This document shows positions 25,272 through 39,400 of a stretch of 64,000 bases of DNA, piece by piece; position 1 is the first letter of the stretch; each line of letters starts with the position of its first letter. Origin of the DNA: the human T2T-CHM13v2.0 reference genome, Homo sapiens. Below the pieces are notes generated by a model. It was not told the origin of the DNA. It did not search any database and was given only the letters and a program-made list of their open reading frames with translations. The position numbers and the translations under genes are program-made. The stretch lies in the NCBI RefSeq assembly GCF_009914755.1, contig NC_060937.1, one strand, 5' to 3'.

Positions 25272-28200
25272 TCTATCAATGGCAAAGTTCAACTCTGTTA
25301 GTTGAGGACACATATCACCAACAAGTTTCTGAGAATGCTTCTGTCTATTTTTTATGGGAAGATATTTCCTTTTTCACCGTAGGCGTCAAGGCGATCGAAA
25401 TGTCCACTTCCACAAACTACAAAAAGAGTGTTTCAAACCTGCTCTATGAAAGGCCATGTTCATCTCTATGAGTCGAATGGAAATATCCGAAAGAAATTTC
25501 TGGGAATGCTGCTGTCTAGTTTTTATACGAATTCCCGCTTCCAACGAAATCCTCAAAGCAATCCAAATATCCACTTGCAGAATCCACAAAAAGAGTGTTT
25601 CAAAACTGCTCTATCAATAGAAAGGTTCAACTCTTTTAGTTGAGTACACACATCACAAACAAGTTTCTGAGAATGCTTCTGTCTGGCTTTTATTGGAAGA
25701 CGTTTCCTTTTCACCAAAGGCATCAAAGCGCTCCAAATGTCCACTTCCAGATTCTTCCAAAAGAGTGTTTGAAACGTGCTCAAAGTAAGGGAATGTTCAA
25801 CTCTGTGACTTGAATGCAGATATCACCAAGTAGTTTCTAATAGTGCTTCTGTCTAGATTTTAGATGATGATATTCCCGTTTCCAACGAAATCGTTAGAGC
25901 TATCCAAATATCCACTTACAGTTGCTACAAAAACAGTGTTTCCAAACTGCTGCATCAAAAGAAAGGTTCAACTCTGTTAGTTGAGGACACACGTCACAAA
26001 GAAGTTTGTGAGAATGCTTCTGTCTAGATTTTGTATGACGATATTCCCTTTTCCAACGATATCGTTAAAGCAATCTAAATATCCATTTGCAGAATCCACA
26101 AAAATAGAGTTTCAAAGCTGCTCTGTAAAAAGAAAGGTTCCACTCTGTTAGCTGAGTACACACATCACAAACTTGTTTCTCAGAATCCTTCTGTCTCGTT
26201 TTTCTGGGAAGATATTTACTTTTTCACCGTAGGCATCAAAGCGCTCCAAATGTCCACATCCAGATACTCCAGAAAGAGTGTTTCAAACCTGCTCTATGAA
26301 AGGGAATCTTCAACTCTATGAGTTGAATGCAGACATCAGAAAGAAATTTCTGAGAATGCTGCTGTCTACCTTTTATTTGAATTCCCGCTTCCAACGAAAT
26401 CCTCCAAGCTATCCAAATATCCACTTGCAGATTCCACAAAAAGAGTGTTTCAAAACTGCTCTCTATCAATGGCAAAGTTCAACTCTGTTAGTTGAGGACA
26501 CATATCACCAACAAGTTTCTGAGAATGCTTCTGTCTATTTTTTATGGGAAGATATTTCCTTTTTCACCGTAGGCGTCAAGGCGATCGAAATGTCCACTTC
26601 CACAAACTACAAAAAGAGTGTTTCAAACCTGCTCTATGAAAGGCCATGTTCATCTCTATGAGTCGAATGGAAATATCCGAAAGAAATTTCTGGGAATGCT
26701 GCTGTCTAGTTTTTATACGAATTCCCGCTTCCAACGAAATCCTCAAAGCAATCCAAATATCCACTTGCAGAATCCACAAAAAGAGTGTTTCAAAACTGCT
26801 CTATCAATAGAAAGGTTCAACTCTTTTAGTTGAGTACACACATCACAAACAAGTTTCTGAGAATGCTTCTGTCTGGCTTTTATTGGAAGACGTTTCCTTT
26901 TCACCAAAGGCATCAAAGCGCTCCAAATGTCCACTTCCAGATTCTTCCAAAAGAGTGTTTGAAACGTGCTCAAAGTAAGGGAATGTTCAACTCTGTGACT
27001 TGAATGCAGATATCACCAAGTAGTTTCTAATAGTGCTTCTGTCTAGATTTTAGATGATGATATTCCCGTTTCCAACGAAATCGTTAGAGCTATCCAAATA
27101 TCCACTTACAGTTGCTACAAAAACAGTGTTTCCAAACTGCTGCATCAAAAGAAAGGTTCAACTCTGTTAGTTGAGGACACACGTCACAAAGAAGTTTGTG
27201 AGAATGCTTCTGTCTAGATTTTGTATGACGATATTCCCTTTTCCAACGATATCGTTAAAGCAATCTAAATATCCATTTGCAGAATCCACAAAAATAGAGT
27301 TTCAAAGCTGCTCTGTAAAAAGAAAGGTTCCACTCTGTTAGCTGAGTACACACATCACAAACTTGTTTCTCAGAATCCTTCTGTCTCGTTTTTCTGGGAA
27401 GATATTTACTTTTTCACCGTAGGCATCAAAGCGCTCCAAATGTCCACATCCAGATACTCCAGAAAGAGTGTTTCAAACCTGCTCTATGAAAGGGAATCTT
27501 CAACTCTATGAGTTGAATGCAGACATCAGAAAGAAATTTCTGAGAATGCTGCTGTCTACCTTTTATTTGAATTCCCGCTTCCAACGAAATCCTCCAAGCT
27601 ATCCAAATATCCACTTGCAGATTCCACAAAAAGAGTGTTTCAAAACTGCTCTCTATCAATGGCAAAGTTCAACTCTGTTAGTTGAGGACACATATCACCA
27701 ACAAGTTTCTGAGAATGCTTCTGTCTATTTTTTATGGGAAGATATTTCCTTTTTCACCGTAGGCGTCAAGGCGATCGAAATGTCCACTTCCACAAACTAC
27801 AAAAAGAGTGTTTCAAACCTGCTCTATGAAAGGCCATGTTCATCTCTATGAGTCGAATGGAAATATCCGAAAGAAATTTCTGGGAATGCTGCTGTCTAGT
27901 TTTTATACGAATTCCCGCTTCCAACGAAATCCTCAAAGCAATCCAAATATCCACTTGCAGAATCCACAAAAAGAGTGTTTCAAAACTGCTCTATCAATAG
28001 AAAGGTTCAACTCTTTTAGTTGAGTACACACATCACAAACAAGTTTCTGAGAATGCTTCTGTCTGGCTTTTATTGGAAGACGTTTCCTTTTCACCAAAGG
28101 CATCAAAGCGCTCCAAATGTCCACTTCCAGATTCTTCCAAAAGAGTGTTTGAAACGTGCTCAAAGTAAGGGAATGTTCAACTCTGTGACTTGAATGCAGA

Positions 28201-29521
28201 TATCACCAAGTAGTTTCTAATAGTGCTTCTGTCTAGATTTTAGATGATGATATTCCCGTTTCCAACGAAATCGTTAGAGCTATCCAAATATCCACTTACA
28301 GTTTCTACAAAAAGAGTGTTTCCAAACTGCTGCATCAAAAGAAAGGTTCAACTCTGTTAGTTGAGGACACACATCACAAAGAAGTTTGTGAGAATGCTTC
28401 TGTCTAGATTTTGTATGACCATATTCCCTTTTCCAGCGATATCATTAAAGCAATCTAAATATCCATTTGCAGAATCCACAAAAATAGAGTTTCAAAGCTG
28501 CTCTGTAAAAAGAAAGGTTCCACTCTGTTAGCTGAGTACACACATCACAAACTTGTTTCTCAGAATCCTTCTGTCTCGTTTTTCTGGGAAGATATTTACT
28601 TTTTCACCGTAGGCATCAAAGCGCTCCAAATGTCCACATCCAGATACTCCAGAAAGAGTGTTTCAAACCTGCTCTATGAAAGGGAATCTTCAACTCTATG
28701 AGTTGAATGCAGACATCAGAAAGAAATTTCTGAGAATGCTGCTGTCTACCTTTTATTTGAATTCCCGCTTCCAACGAAATCCTCCAAGCTATCCAAATAT
28801 CCACCTGCATTTTCCAGAAAAAGAGCGTTTCAAAACTGCTCTATCAATAGAAATGTTCAACTCCTTTGGCTGGGTACACACATCACAAACAAGTTTCTGA
28901 GAATGCTTCTGTCTAGTTTTTATGGGAAGACATTCCCTTTTTCACCAAAGGCATCAAAGCGCTCCAAATGTCCACTTCCAGACACTACAAAAAGAGTGTT
29001 TCCAACGTGCTCTAAGAAAGCGAATGTTCAACTCTGTGACTTGAATGCAGATATCACAAAGTAGTTTCTGAGAGGGCTTCTGTCTAGATTTTAGATGATG
29101 ATATTCCCGTTTCCAACGAAATCATTAGAGCTATCCAAATATCCACTTACAGTTTCTACAAAAAGAGTGTTTCCAAACTGCTGCATCAAAAGAGAGGTTC
29201 CACTCTGTTAGCTGAGTACACACATCACAAACTTGTTTCTCAGAATCCTTCTGTCTCGTTTTTCTGGGAAGATATTTACTTTTTCACCGTAGGCATCAAA
29301 GCGCTCCAAATGTCCACATCCAGATACTCCAGAAAGAGTGTTTCAAACCTGCTCTATGAAAGGGAATCTTCAACTCTATGAGTTGAATGCAGACATCAGA
29401 AAGAAATTTCTGAGAATGCTGCTGTCTACCTTTTATTTGAATTCCCGCTTCCAACGAAATCCTCCAAGCTATCCAAATATCCACTTGCAGATTCCACAAA
29501 AAGAGTGTTTCAAAACTGCTC

Positions 29522-30662
29522 TCTATCAATGGCAAAGTTCAACTCTGTTAGTTTATGGGAAGATATTTCCTTTTTCACCGTAGGCGTCAAGGCGATCGAA
29601 ATGTCCACTTCCACAAACTACAAAAAGAGTGTTTCAAACCTGCTCTATGAAAGGCCATGTTCATCTCTATGAGTCGAATGGAAATATCCGAAAGAAATTT
29701 CTGGGAATGCTGCTGTCTAGTTTTTATACGAATTCCCGCTTCCAACGAAATCCTCAAAGCAATCCAAATATCCACTTGCAGAATCCACAAAAAGAGTGTT
29801 TCAAAACTGCTCTATCAATAGAAAGGTTCAACTCTTTTAGTTGAGTACACACATCACAAACAAGTTTCTGAGAATGCTTCTGTCTGGCTTTTATTGGAAG
29901 ACGTTTCCTTTTCACCAAAGGCATCAAAGCGCTCCAAATGTCCACTTCCAGATTCTTCCAAAAGAGTGTTTGAAACGTGCTCAAAGTAAGGGAATGTTCA
30001 ACTCTGTGACTTGAATGCAGATATCACCAAGTAGTTTCTAATAGTGCTTCTGTCTAGATTTTAGATGATGATATTCCCGTTTCCAACGAAATCGTTAGAG
30101 CTATCCAAATATCCACTTACAGTTGCTACAAAAACAGTGTTTCCAAACTGCTGCATCAAAAGAAAGGTTCAACTCTGTTAGTTGAGGACACACGTCACAA
30201 AGAAGTTTGTGAGAATGCTTCTGTCTAGATTTTGTATGACGATATTCCCTTTTCCAACGATATCGTTAAAGCAATCTAAATATCCATTTGCAGAATCCAC
30301 AAAAATAGAGTTTCAAAGCTGCTCTGTAAAAAGAAAGGTTCCACTCTGTTAGCTGAGTACACACATCACAAACTTGTTTCTCAGAATCCTTCTGTCTCGT
30401 TTTTCTGGGAAGATATTTACTTTTTCACCGTAGGCATCAAAGCGCTCCAAATGTCCACATCCAGATACTCCAGAAAGAGTGTTTCAAACCTGCTCTATGA
30501 AAGGGAATCTTCAACTCTATGAGTTGAATGCAGACATCAGAAAGAAATTTCTGAGAATGCTGCTGTCTACCTTTTATTTGAATTCCCGCTTCCAACGAAA
30601 TCCTCCAAGCTATCCAAATATCCACTTGCAGATTCCACAAAAAGAGTGTTTCAAAACTGCTC
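29522..30662 (-). repeat. 7-mer HOR with the same 49-bp deletion (1141 bp), copy 2
   Basis: Identical junction at 29551-29554, 5391 bp after copy 1. Confidence 0.95.
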
Positions 30663-33600
30663 TCTATCAATGGCAAAGTTCAACTCTGTTAGTTGAGGAC
30701 ACATATCACCAACAAGTTTCTGAGAATGCTTCTGTCTATTTTTTATGGGAAGATATTTCCTTTTTCACCGTAGGCGTCAAGGCGATCGAAATGTCCACTT
30801 CCACAAACTACAAAAAGAGTGTTTCAAACCTGCTCTATGAAAGGCCATGTTCATCTCTATGAGTCGAATGGAAATATCCGAAAGAAATTTCTGGGAATGC
30901 TGCTGTCTAGTTTTTATACGAATTCCCGCTTCCAACGAAATCCTCAAAGCAATCCAAATATCCACTTGCAGAATCCACAAAAAGAGTGTTTCAAAACTGC
31001 TCTATCAATAGAAAGGTTCAACTCTTTTAGTTGAGTACACACATCACAAACAAGTTTCTGAGAATGCTTCTGTCTGGCTTTTATTGGAAGACGTTTCCTT
31101 TTCACCAAAGGCATCAAAGCGCTCCAAATGTCCACTTCCAGATTCTTCCAAAAGAGTGTTTGAAACGTGCTCAAAGTAAGGGAATGTTCAACTCTGTGAC
31201 TTGAATGCAGATATCACCAAGTAGTTTCTAATAGTGCTTCTGTCTAGATTTTAGATGATGATATTCCCGTTTCCAACGAAATCGTTAGAGCTATCCAAAT
31301 ATCCACTTACAGTTGCTACAAAAACAGTGTTTCCAAACTGCTGCATCAAAAGAAAGGTTCAACTCTGTTAGTTGAGGACACACGTCACAAAGAAGTTTGT
31401 GAGAATGCTTCTGTCTAGATTTTGTATGACGATATTCCCTTTTCCAACGATATCGTTAAAGCAATCTAAATATCCATTTGCAGAATCCACAAAAATAGAG
31501 TTTCAAAGCTGCTCTGTAAAAAGAAAGGTTCCACTCTGTTAGCTGAGTACACACATCACAAACTTGTTTCTCAGAATCCTTCTGTCTCGTTTTTATGGGA
31601 AGATATTTACTTTTTCACCGTAGGCATCAAAGCGCTCCAAATGTCCACATCCAGATACTCCAGAAAGAGTGTTTCAAACCTGCTCTATGAAAGGGAATCT
31701 TCAACTCTATGAGTTGAATGCAGACATCAGAAAGAAATTTCTGAGAATGCTGCTGTCTACCTTTTATTTGAATTCCCGCTTCCAACGAAATCCTCCAAGC
31801 TATCCAAATATCCACTTGCAGATTCCACAAAAAGAGTGTTTCAAAACTGCTCTCTATCAATGGCAAAGTTCAACTCTGTTAGTTGAGGACACATATCACC
31901 AACAAGTTTCTGAGAATGCTTCTGTCTATTTTTTATGGGAAGATATTTCCTTTTTCACCGTAGGCGTCAAGGCGATCGAAATGTCCACTTCCACAAACTA
32001 CAAAAAGAGTGTTTCAAACCTGCTCTATGAAAGGCCATGTTCATCTCTATGAGTCGAATGGAAATATCCGAAAGAAATTTCTGGGAATGCTGCTGTCTAG
32101 TTTTTATACGAATTCCCGCTTCCAACGAAATCCTCAAAGCAATCCAAATATCCACTTGCAGAATCCACAAAAAGAGTGTTTCAAAACTGCTCTATCAATA
32201 GAAAGGTTCAACTCTTTTAGTTGAGTACACACATCACAAACAAGTTTCTGAGAATGCTTCTGTCTGGCTTTTATTGGAAGACGTTTCCTTTTCACCAAAG
32301 GCATCAAAGCGCTCCAAATGTCCACTTCCAGATTCTTCCAAAAGAGTGTTTGAAACGTGCTCAAAGTAAGGGAATGTTCAACTCTGTGACTTGAATGCAG
32401 ATATCACCAAGTAGTTTCTAATAGTGCTTCTGTCTAGATTTTAGATGATGATATTCCCGTTTCCAACGAAATCGTTAGAGCTATCCAAATATCCACTTAC
32501 AGTTGCTACAAAAACAGTGTTTCCAAACTGCTGCATCAAAAGAAAGGTTCAACTCTGTTAGTTGAGGACACACGTCACAAAGAAGTTTGTGAGAATGCTT
32601 CTGTCTAGATTTTGTATGACGATATTCCCTTTTCCAACGATATCGTTAAAGCAATCTAAATATCCATTTGCAGAATCCACAAAAATAGAGTTTCAAAGCT
32701 GCTCTGTAAAAAGAAAGGTTCCACTCTGTTAGCTGAGTACACACATCACAAACTTGTTTCTCAGAATCCTTCTGTCTCGTTTTTCTGGGAAGATATTTAC
32801 TTTTTCACCGTAGGCATCAAAGCGCTCCAAATGTCCACATCCAGATACTCCAGAAAGAGTGTTTCAAACCTGCTCTATGAAAGGGAATCTTCAACTCTAT
32901 GAGTTGAATGCAGACATCAGAAAGAAATTTCTGAGAATGCTGCTGTCTACCTTTTATTTGAATTCCCGCTTCCAACGAAATCCTCCAAGCTATCCAAATA
33001 TCCACTTGCAGATTCCACAAAAAGAGTGTTTCAAAACTGCTCTCTATCAATGGCAAAGTTCAACTCTGTTAGTTGAGGACACATATCACCAACAAGTTTC
33101 TGAGAATGCTTCTGTCTATTTTTTATGGGAAGATATTTCCTTTTTCACCGTAGGCGTCAAGGCGATCGAAATGTCCACTTCCACAAACTACAAAAAGAGT
33201 GTTTCAAACCTGCTCTATGAAAGGCCATGTTCATCTCTATGAGTCGAATGGAAATATCCGAAAGAAATTTCTGGGAATGCTGCTGTCTAGTTTTTATACG
33301 AATTCCCGCTTCCAACGAAATCCTCAAAGCAATCCAAATATCCACTTGCAGAATCCACAAAAAGAGTGTTTCAAAACTGCTCTATCAATAGAAAGGTTCA
33401 ACTCTTTTAGTTGAGTACACACATCACAAACAAGTTTCTGAGAATGCTTCTGTCTGGCTTTTATTGGAAGACGTTTCCTTTTCACCAAAGGCATCAAAGC
33501 GCTCCAAATGTCCACTTCCAGATTCTTCCAAAAGAGTGTTTGAAACGTGCTCAAAGTAAGGGAATGTTCAACTCTGTGACTTGAATGCAGATATCACCAA

Positions 33601-35422
33601 GTAGTTTCTAATAGTGCTTCTGTCTAGATTTTAGATGATGATATTCCCGTTTCCAACGAAATCGTTAGAGCTATCCAAATATCCACTTACAGTTGCTACA
33701 AAAACAGTGTTTCCAAACTGCTGCATCAAAAGAAAGGTTCAACTCTGTTAGTTGAGGACACACGTCACAAAGAAGTTTGTGAGAATGCTTCTGTCTAGAT
33801 TTTGTATGACGATATTCCCTTTTCCAACGATATCGTTAAAGCAATCTAAATATCCATTTGCAGAATCCACAAAAATAGAGTTTCAAAGCTGCTCTGTAAA
33901 AAGAAAGGTTCCACTCTGTTAGCTGAGTACACACATCACAAACTTGTTTCTGAGAATCCTTCTGTCTCGTTTTTCTGGGAAGATATTTACTTTTTCACCG
34001 TAGGCATCAAAGCGCTCCAAATGTCCACATCCAGATACTCCAGAAAGAGTGTTTCAAACCTGCTCTATGAAAGGGAATCTTCAACTCTATGAGTTGAATG
34101 CAGACATCAGAAAGAAATTTCTGAGAATGCTGCTGTCTACCTTTTATTTGAATTCCCGCTTCCAACGAAATCCTCCAAGCTATCCAAATATCCACTTGCA
34201 GATTCCACAAAAAGAGTGTTTCAAAACTGCTCTCTATCAATGGCAAAGTTCAACTCTGTTAGTTGAGGACACATATCACCAACAAGTTTCTGAGAATGCT
34301 TCTGTCTATTTTTTATGGGAAGATATTTCCTTTTTCACCGTAGGCGTCAAGGCGATCGAAATGTCCACTTCCACAAACTACAAAAAGAGTGTTTCAAACC
34401 TGCTCTATGAAAGGCCATGTTCATCTCTATGAGTCGAATGGAAATATCCGAAAGAAATTTCTGGGAATGCTGCTGTCTAGTTTTTATACGAATTCCCGCT
34501 TCCAACGAAATCCTCAAAGCAATCCAAATATCCACTTGCAGAATCCACAAAAAGAGTGTTTCAAAACTGCTCTATCAATAGAAAGGTTCAACTCTTTTAG
34601 TTGAGTACACACATCACAAACAAGTTTCTGAGAATGCTTCTGTCTGGCTTTTATTGGAAGACGTTTCCTTTTCACCAAAGGCATCAAAGCGCTCCAAATG
34701 TCCACTTCCAGATTCTTCCAAAAGAGTGTTTGAAACGTGCTCAAAGTAAGGGAATGTTCAACTCTGTGACTTGAATGCAGATATCACCAAGTAGTTTCTA
34801 ATAGTGCTTCTGTCTAGATTTTAGATGATGATATTCCCGTTTCCAACGAAATCGTTAGAGCTATCCAAATATCCACTTACAGTTGCTACAAAAACAGTGT
34901 TTCCAAACTGCTGCATCAAAAGAAAGGTTCAACTCTGTTAGTTGAGGACACACGTCACAAAGAAGTTTGTGAGAATGCTTCTGTCTAGATTTTGTATGAC
35001 GATATTCCCTTTTCCAACGATATCGTTAAAGCAATCTAAATATCCATTTGCAGAATCCACAAAAATAGAGTTTCAAAGCTGCTCTGTAAAAAGAAAGGTT
35101 CCACTCTGTTAGCTGAGTACACACATCACAAACTTGTTTCTCAGAATCCTTCTGTCTCGTTTTTCTGGGAAGATATTTACTTTTTCACCGTAGGCATCAA
35201 AGCGCTCCAAATGTCCACATCCAGATACTCCAGAAAGAGTGTTTCAAACCTGCTCTATGAAAGGGAATCTTCAACTCTATGAGTTGAATGCAGACATCAG
35301 AAAGAAATTTCTGAGAATGCTGCTGTCTACCTTTTATTTGAATTCCCGCTTCCAACGAAATCCTCCAAGCTATCCAAATATCCACTTGCAGATTCCACAA
35401 AAAGAGTGTTTCAAAACTGCTC

Positions 35423-36441
35423 TCTATCAATGGCAAAGTTCAACTCTGTTAGTTGAGGACACATATCACCAACAAGTTTCTGAGAATGCTTCTGTCTATT
35501 TTTTATGGGAAGATATTTCCTTTTTCACCGTAGGCGTCAAGGCGATCGAAATGTCCACTTCCACAAACTACAAAAAGAGTGTTTCAAACCTGCTCTATGA
35601 AAGGCCATGTTCATCTCTATGAGTCGAATGGAAATATCCGAAAGAAATTTCTGGGAATGCTGCTGTCTAGTTTTTATACGAATTCCCGCTTCCAACGAAA
35701 TCCTCAAAGCAATCCAAATATCCACTTGCAGAATCCACAAAAAGAGTGTTTCAAAACTGCTCTATCAATAGAAAGGTTCAACTCTTTTAGTTGAGTACAC
35801 ACATCACAAACAAGTTTCTGAGAATGCTTCTGTCTGGCTTTTATTGGAAGACGTTTCCTTTTCACCAAAGGCATCAAAGCGCTCCAAATGTCCACTTCCA
35901 GATTCTTCCAAAAGAGTGTTTGAAACGTGCTCAAAGTAAGGGAATGTTCAACTCTGTGACTTGAATGCAGATATCACCAAGTAGTTTCTAATAGTGCTTC
36001 TGTCTAGATTTTAGATGATGATATTCCCGTTTCCAACGAAATCATTAGAGCTATCCAAATATCCACTTACAGTTTCTACAAAAAGAGTGTTTCCAAACTG
36101 CTGCATCAAAAGAGAGGTTCCACTCTGTTAGCTGAGTACACACATCACAAACTTGTTTCTCAGAATCCTTCTGTCTCGTTTTTCTGGGAAGATATTTACT
36201 TTTTCACCGTAGGCATCAAAGCGCTCCAAATGTCCACATCCAGATACTCCAGAAAGAGTGTTTCAAACCTGCTCTATGAAAGGGAATCTTCAACTCTATG
36301 AGTTGAATGCAGACATCAGAAAGAAATTTCTGAGAATGCTGCTGTCTACCTTTTATTTGAATTCCCGCTTCCAACGAAATCCTCCAAGCTATCCAAATAT
36401 CCACTTGCAGATTCCACAAAAAGAGTGTTTCAAAACTGCTC
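35423..36441 (-). repeat. 6-mer HOR structural variant (1019 bp), single copy
   Basis: Anchor spacing 35579 to 36598 is 1019 = 1870 - 851. TAATAGTG-type sequence is joined to ATCATTAGAG...AGAGAGGTTCCAC tetramer-type sequence. Confidence 0.93.
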
Positions 36442-39400
36442 TCTATCAATGGCAAAGTTCAACTCTGTTAGTTGAGGACACATATCACCAACAAGTTTCT
36501 GAGAATGCTTCTGTCTATTTTTTATGGGAAGATATTTCCTTTTTCACCGTAGGCGTCAAGGCGATCGAAATGTCCACTTCCACAAACTACAAAAAGAGTG
36601 TTTCAAACCTGCTCTATGAAAGGCCATGTTCATCTCTATGAGTCGAATGGAAATATCCGAAAGAAATTTCTGGGAATGCTGCTGTCTAGTTTTTATACGA
36701 ATTCCCGCTTCCAACGAAATCCTCAAAGCAATCCAAATATCCACTTGCAGAATCCACAAAAAGAGTGTTTCAAAACTGCTCTATCAATAGAAAGGTTCAA
36801 CTCTTTTAGTTGAGTACACACATCACAAACAAGTTTCTGAGAATGCTTCTGTCTGGCTTTTATTGGAAGACGTTTCCTTTTCACCAAAGGCATCAAAGCG
36901 CTCCAAATGTCCACTTCCAGATTCTTCCAAAAGAGTGTTTGAAACGTGCTCAAAGTAAGGGAATGTTCAACTCTGTGACTTGAATGCAGATATCACCAAG
37001 TAGTTTCTAATAGTGCTTCTGTCTAGATTTTAGATGATGATATTCCCGTTTCCAACGAAATCGTTAGAGCTATCCAAATATCCACTTACAGTTGCTACAA
37101 AAACAGTGTTTCCAAACTGCTGCATCAAAAGAAAGGTTCAACTCTGTTAGTTGAGGACACACGTCACAAAGAAGTTTGTGAGAATGCTTCTGTCTAGATT
37201 TTGTATGACGATATTCCCTTTTCCAACGATATCATTAAAGCAATCTAAATATCCATTTGCAGAATCCACAAAAATAGAGTTTCAAAGCTGCTCTGTAAAA
37301 AGAAAGGTTCCACTCTGTTAGCTGAGTACACACATCACAAACTTGTTTCTCAGAATCCTTCTGTCTCGTTTTTCTGGGAAGATATTTACTTTTTCACCGT
37401 AGGCATCAAAGCGCTCCAAATGTCCACATCCAGATACTCCAGAAAGAGTGTTTCAAACCTGCTCTATGAAAGGGAATCTTCAACTCTATGAGTTGAATGC
37501 AGACATCAGAAAGAAATTTCTGAGAATGCTGCTGTCTACCTTTTATTTGAATTCCCGCTTCCAACGAAATCCTCCAAGCTATCCAAATATCCACTTGCAG
37601 ATTCCACAAAAAGAGTGTTTCAAAACTGCTCTCTATCAATGGCAAAGTTCAACTCTGTTAGTTGAGGACACATATCACCAACAAGTTTCTGAGAATGCTT
37701 CTGTCTATTTTTTATGGGAAGATATTTCCTTTTTCACCGTAGGCGTCAAGGCGATCGAAATGTCCACTTCCACAAACTACAAAAAGAGTGTTTCAAACCT
37801 GCTCTATGAAAGGCCATGTTCATCTCTATGAGTCGAATGGAAATATCCGAAAGAAATTTCTGGGAATGCTGCTGTCTAGTTTTTATACGAATTCCCGCTT
37901 CCAACGAAATCCTCAAAGCAATCCAAATATCCACTTGCAGAATCCACAAAAAGAGTGTTTCAAAACTGCTCTATCAATAGAAAGGTTCAACTCTTTTAGT
38001 TGAGTACACACATCACAAACAAGTTTCTGAGAATGCTTCTGTCTGGCTTTTATTGGAAGACGTTTCCTTTTCACCAAAGGCATCAAAGCGCTCCAAATGT
38101 CCACTTCCAGATTCTTCCAAAAGAGTGTTTGAAACGTGCTCAAAGTAAGGGAATGTTCAACTCTGTGACTTGAATGCAGATATCACCAAGTAGTTTCTAA
38201 TAGTGCTTCTGTCTAGATTTTAGATGATGATATTCCCGTTTCCAACGAAATCGTTAGAGCTATCCAAATATCCACTTACAGTTGCTACAAAAACAGTGTT
38301 TCCAAACTGCTGCATCAAAAGAAAGGTTCAACTCTGTTAGTTGAGGACACACGTCACAAAGAAGTTTGTGAGAATGCTTCTGTCTAGATTTTGTATGACG
38401 ATATTCCCTTTTCCAACGATATCATTAAAGCAATCTAAATATCCATTTGCAGAATCCACAAAAATAGAGTTTCAAAGCTGCTCTGTAAAAAGAAAGGTTC
38501 CACTCTGTTAGCTGAGTACACACATCACAAACTTGTTTCTCAGAATCCTTCTGTCTCGTTTTTCTGGGAAGATATTTACTTTTTCACCGTAGGCATCAAA
38601 GCGCTCCAAATGTCCACATCCAGATACTCCAGAAAGAGTGTTTCAAACCTGCTCTATGAAAGGGAATCTTCAACTCTATGAGTTGAATGCAGACATCAGA
38701 AAGAAATTTCTGAGAATGCTGCTGTCTACCTTTTATTTGAATTCCCGCTTCCAACGAAATCCTCCAAGCTATCCAAATATCCACTTGCAGATTCCACAAA
38801 AAGAGTGTTTCAAAACTGCTCTCTATCAATGGCAAAGTTCAACTCTGTTAGTTGAGGACACATATCACCAACAAGTTTCTGAGAATGCTTCTGTCTATTT
38901 TTTATGGGAAGATATTTCCTTTTTCACCGTAGGCGTCAAGGCGATCGAAATGTCCACTTCCACAAACTACAAAAAGAGTGTTTCAAACCTGCTCTATGAA
39001 AGGCCATGTTCATCTCTATGAGTCGAATGGAAATATCCGAAAGAAATTTCTGGGAATGCTGCTGTCTAGTTTTTATACGAATTCCCGCTTCCAACGAAAT
39101 CCTCAAAGCAATCCAAATATCCACTTGCAGAATCCACAAAAAGAGTGTTTCAAAACTGCTCTATCAATAGAAAGGTTCAACTCTTTTAGTTGAGTACACA
39201 CATCACAAACAAGTTTCTGAGAATGCTTCTGTCTGGCTTTTATTGGAAGACGTTTCCTTTTCACCAAAGGCATCAAAGCGCTCCAAATGTCCACTTCCAG
39301 ATTCTTCCAAAAGAGTGTTTGAAACGTGCTCAAAGTAAGGGAATGTTCAACTCTGTGACTTGAATGCAGATATCACCAAGTAGTTTCTAATAGTGCTTCT

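Noticed and set aside
23054-33835. Intact 5391-bp tandem duplication
   Set aside because: The second putative copy differs at 30265 and 31595 and lacks the 11-mer-type alleles expected at its end, so only the core around the deletion is claimed as shared.
7987-36441. 16-mer and 6-mer as reciprocal products of a single crossover
   Set aside because: The breakpoint intervals do not overlap, and reciprocal products of one exchange would segregate to different chromatids.
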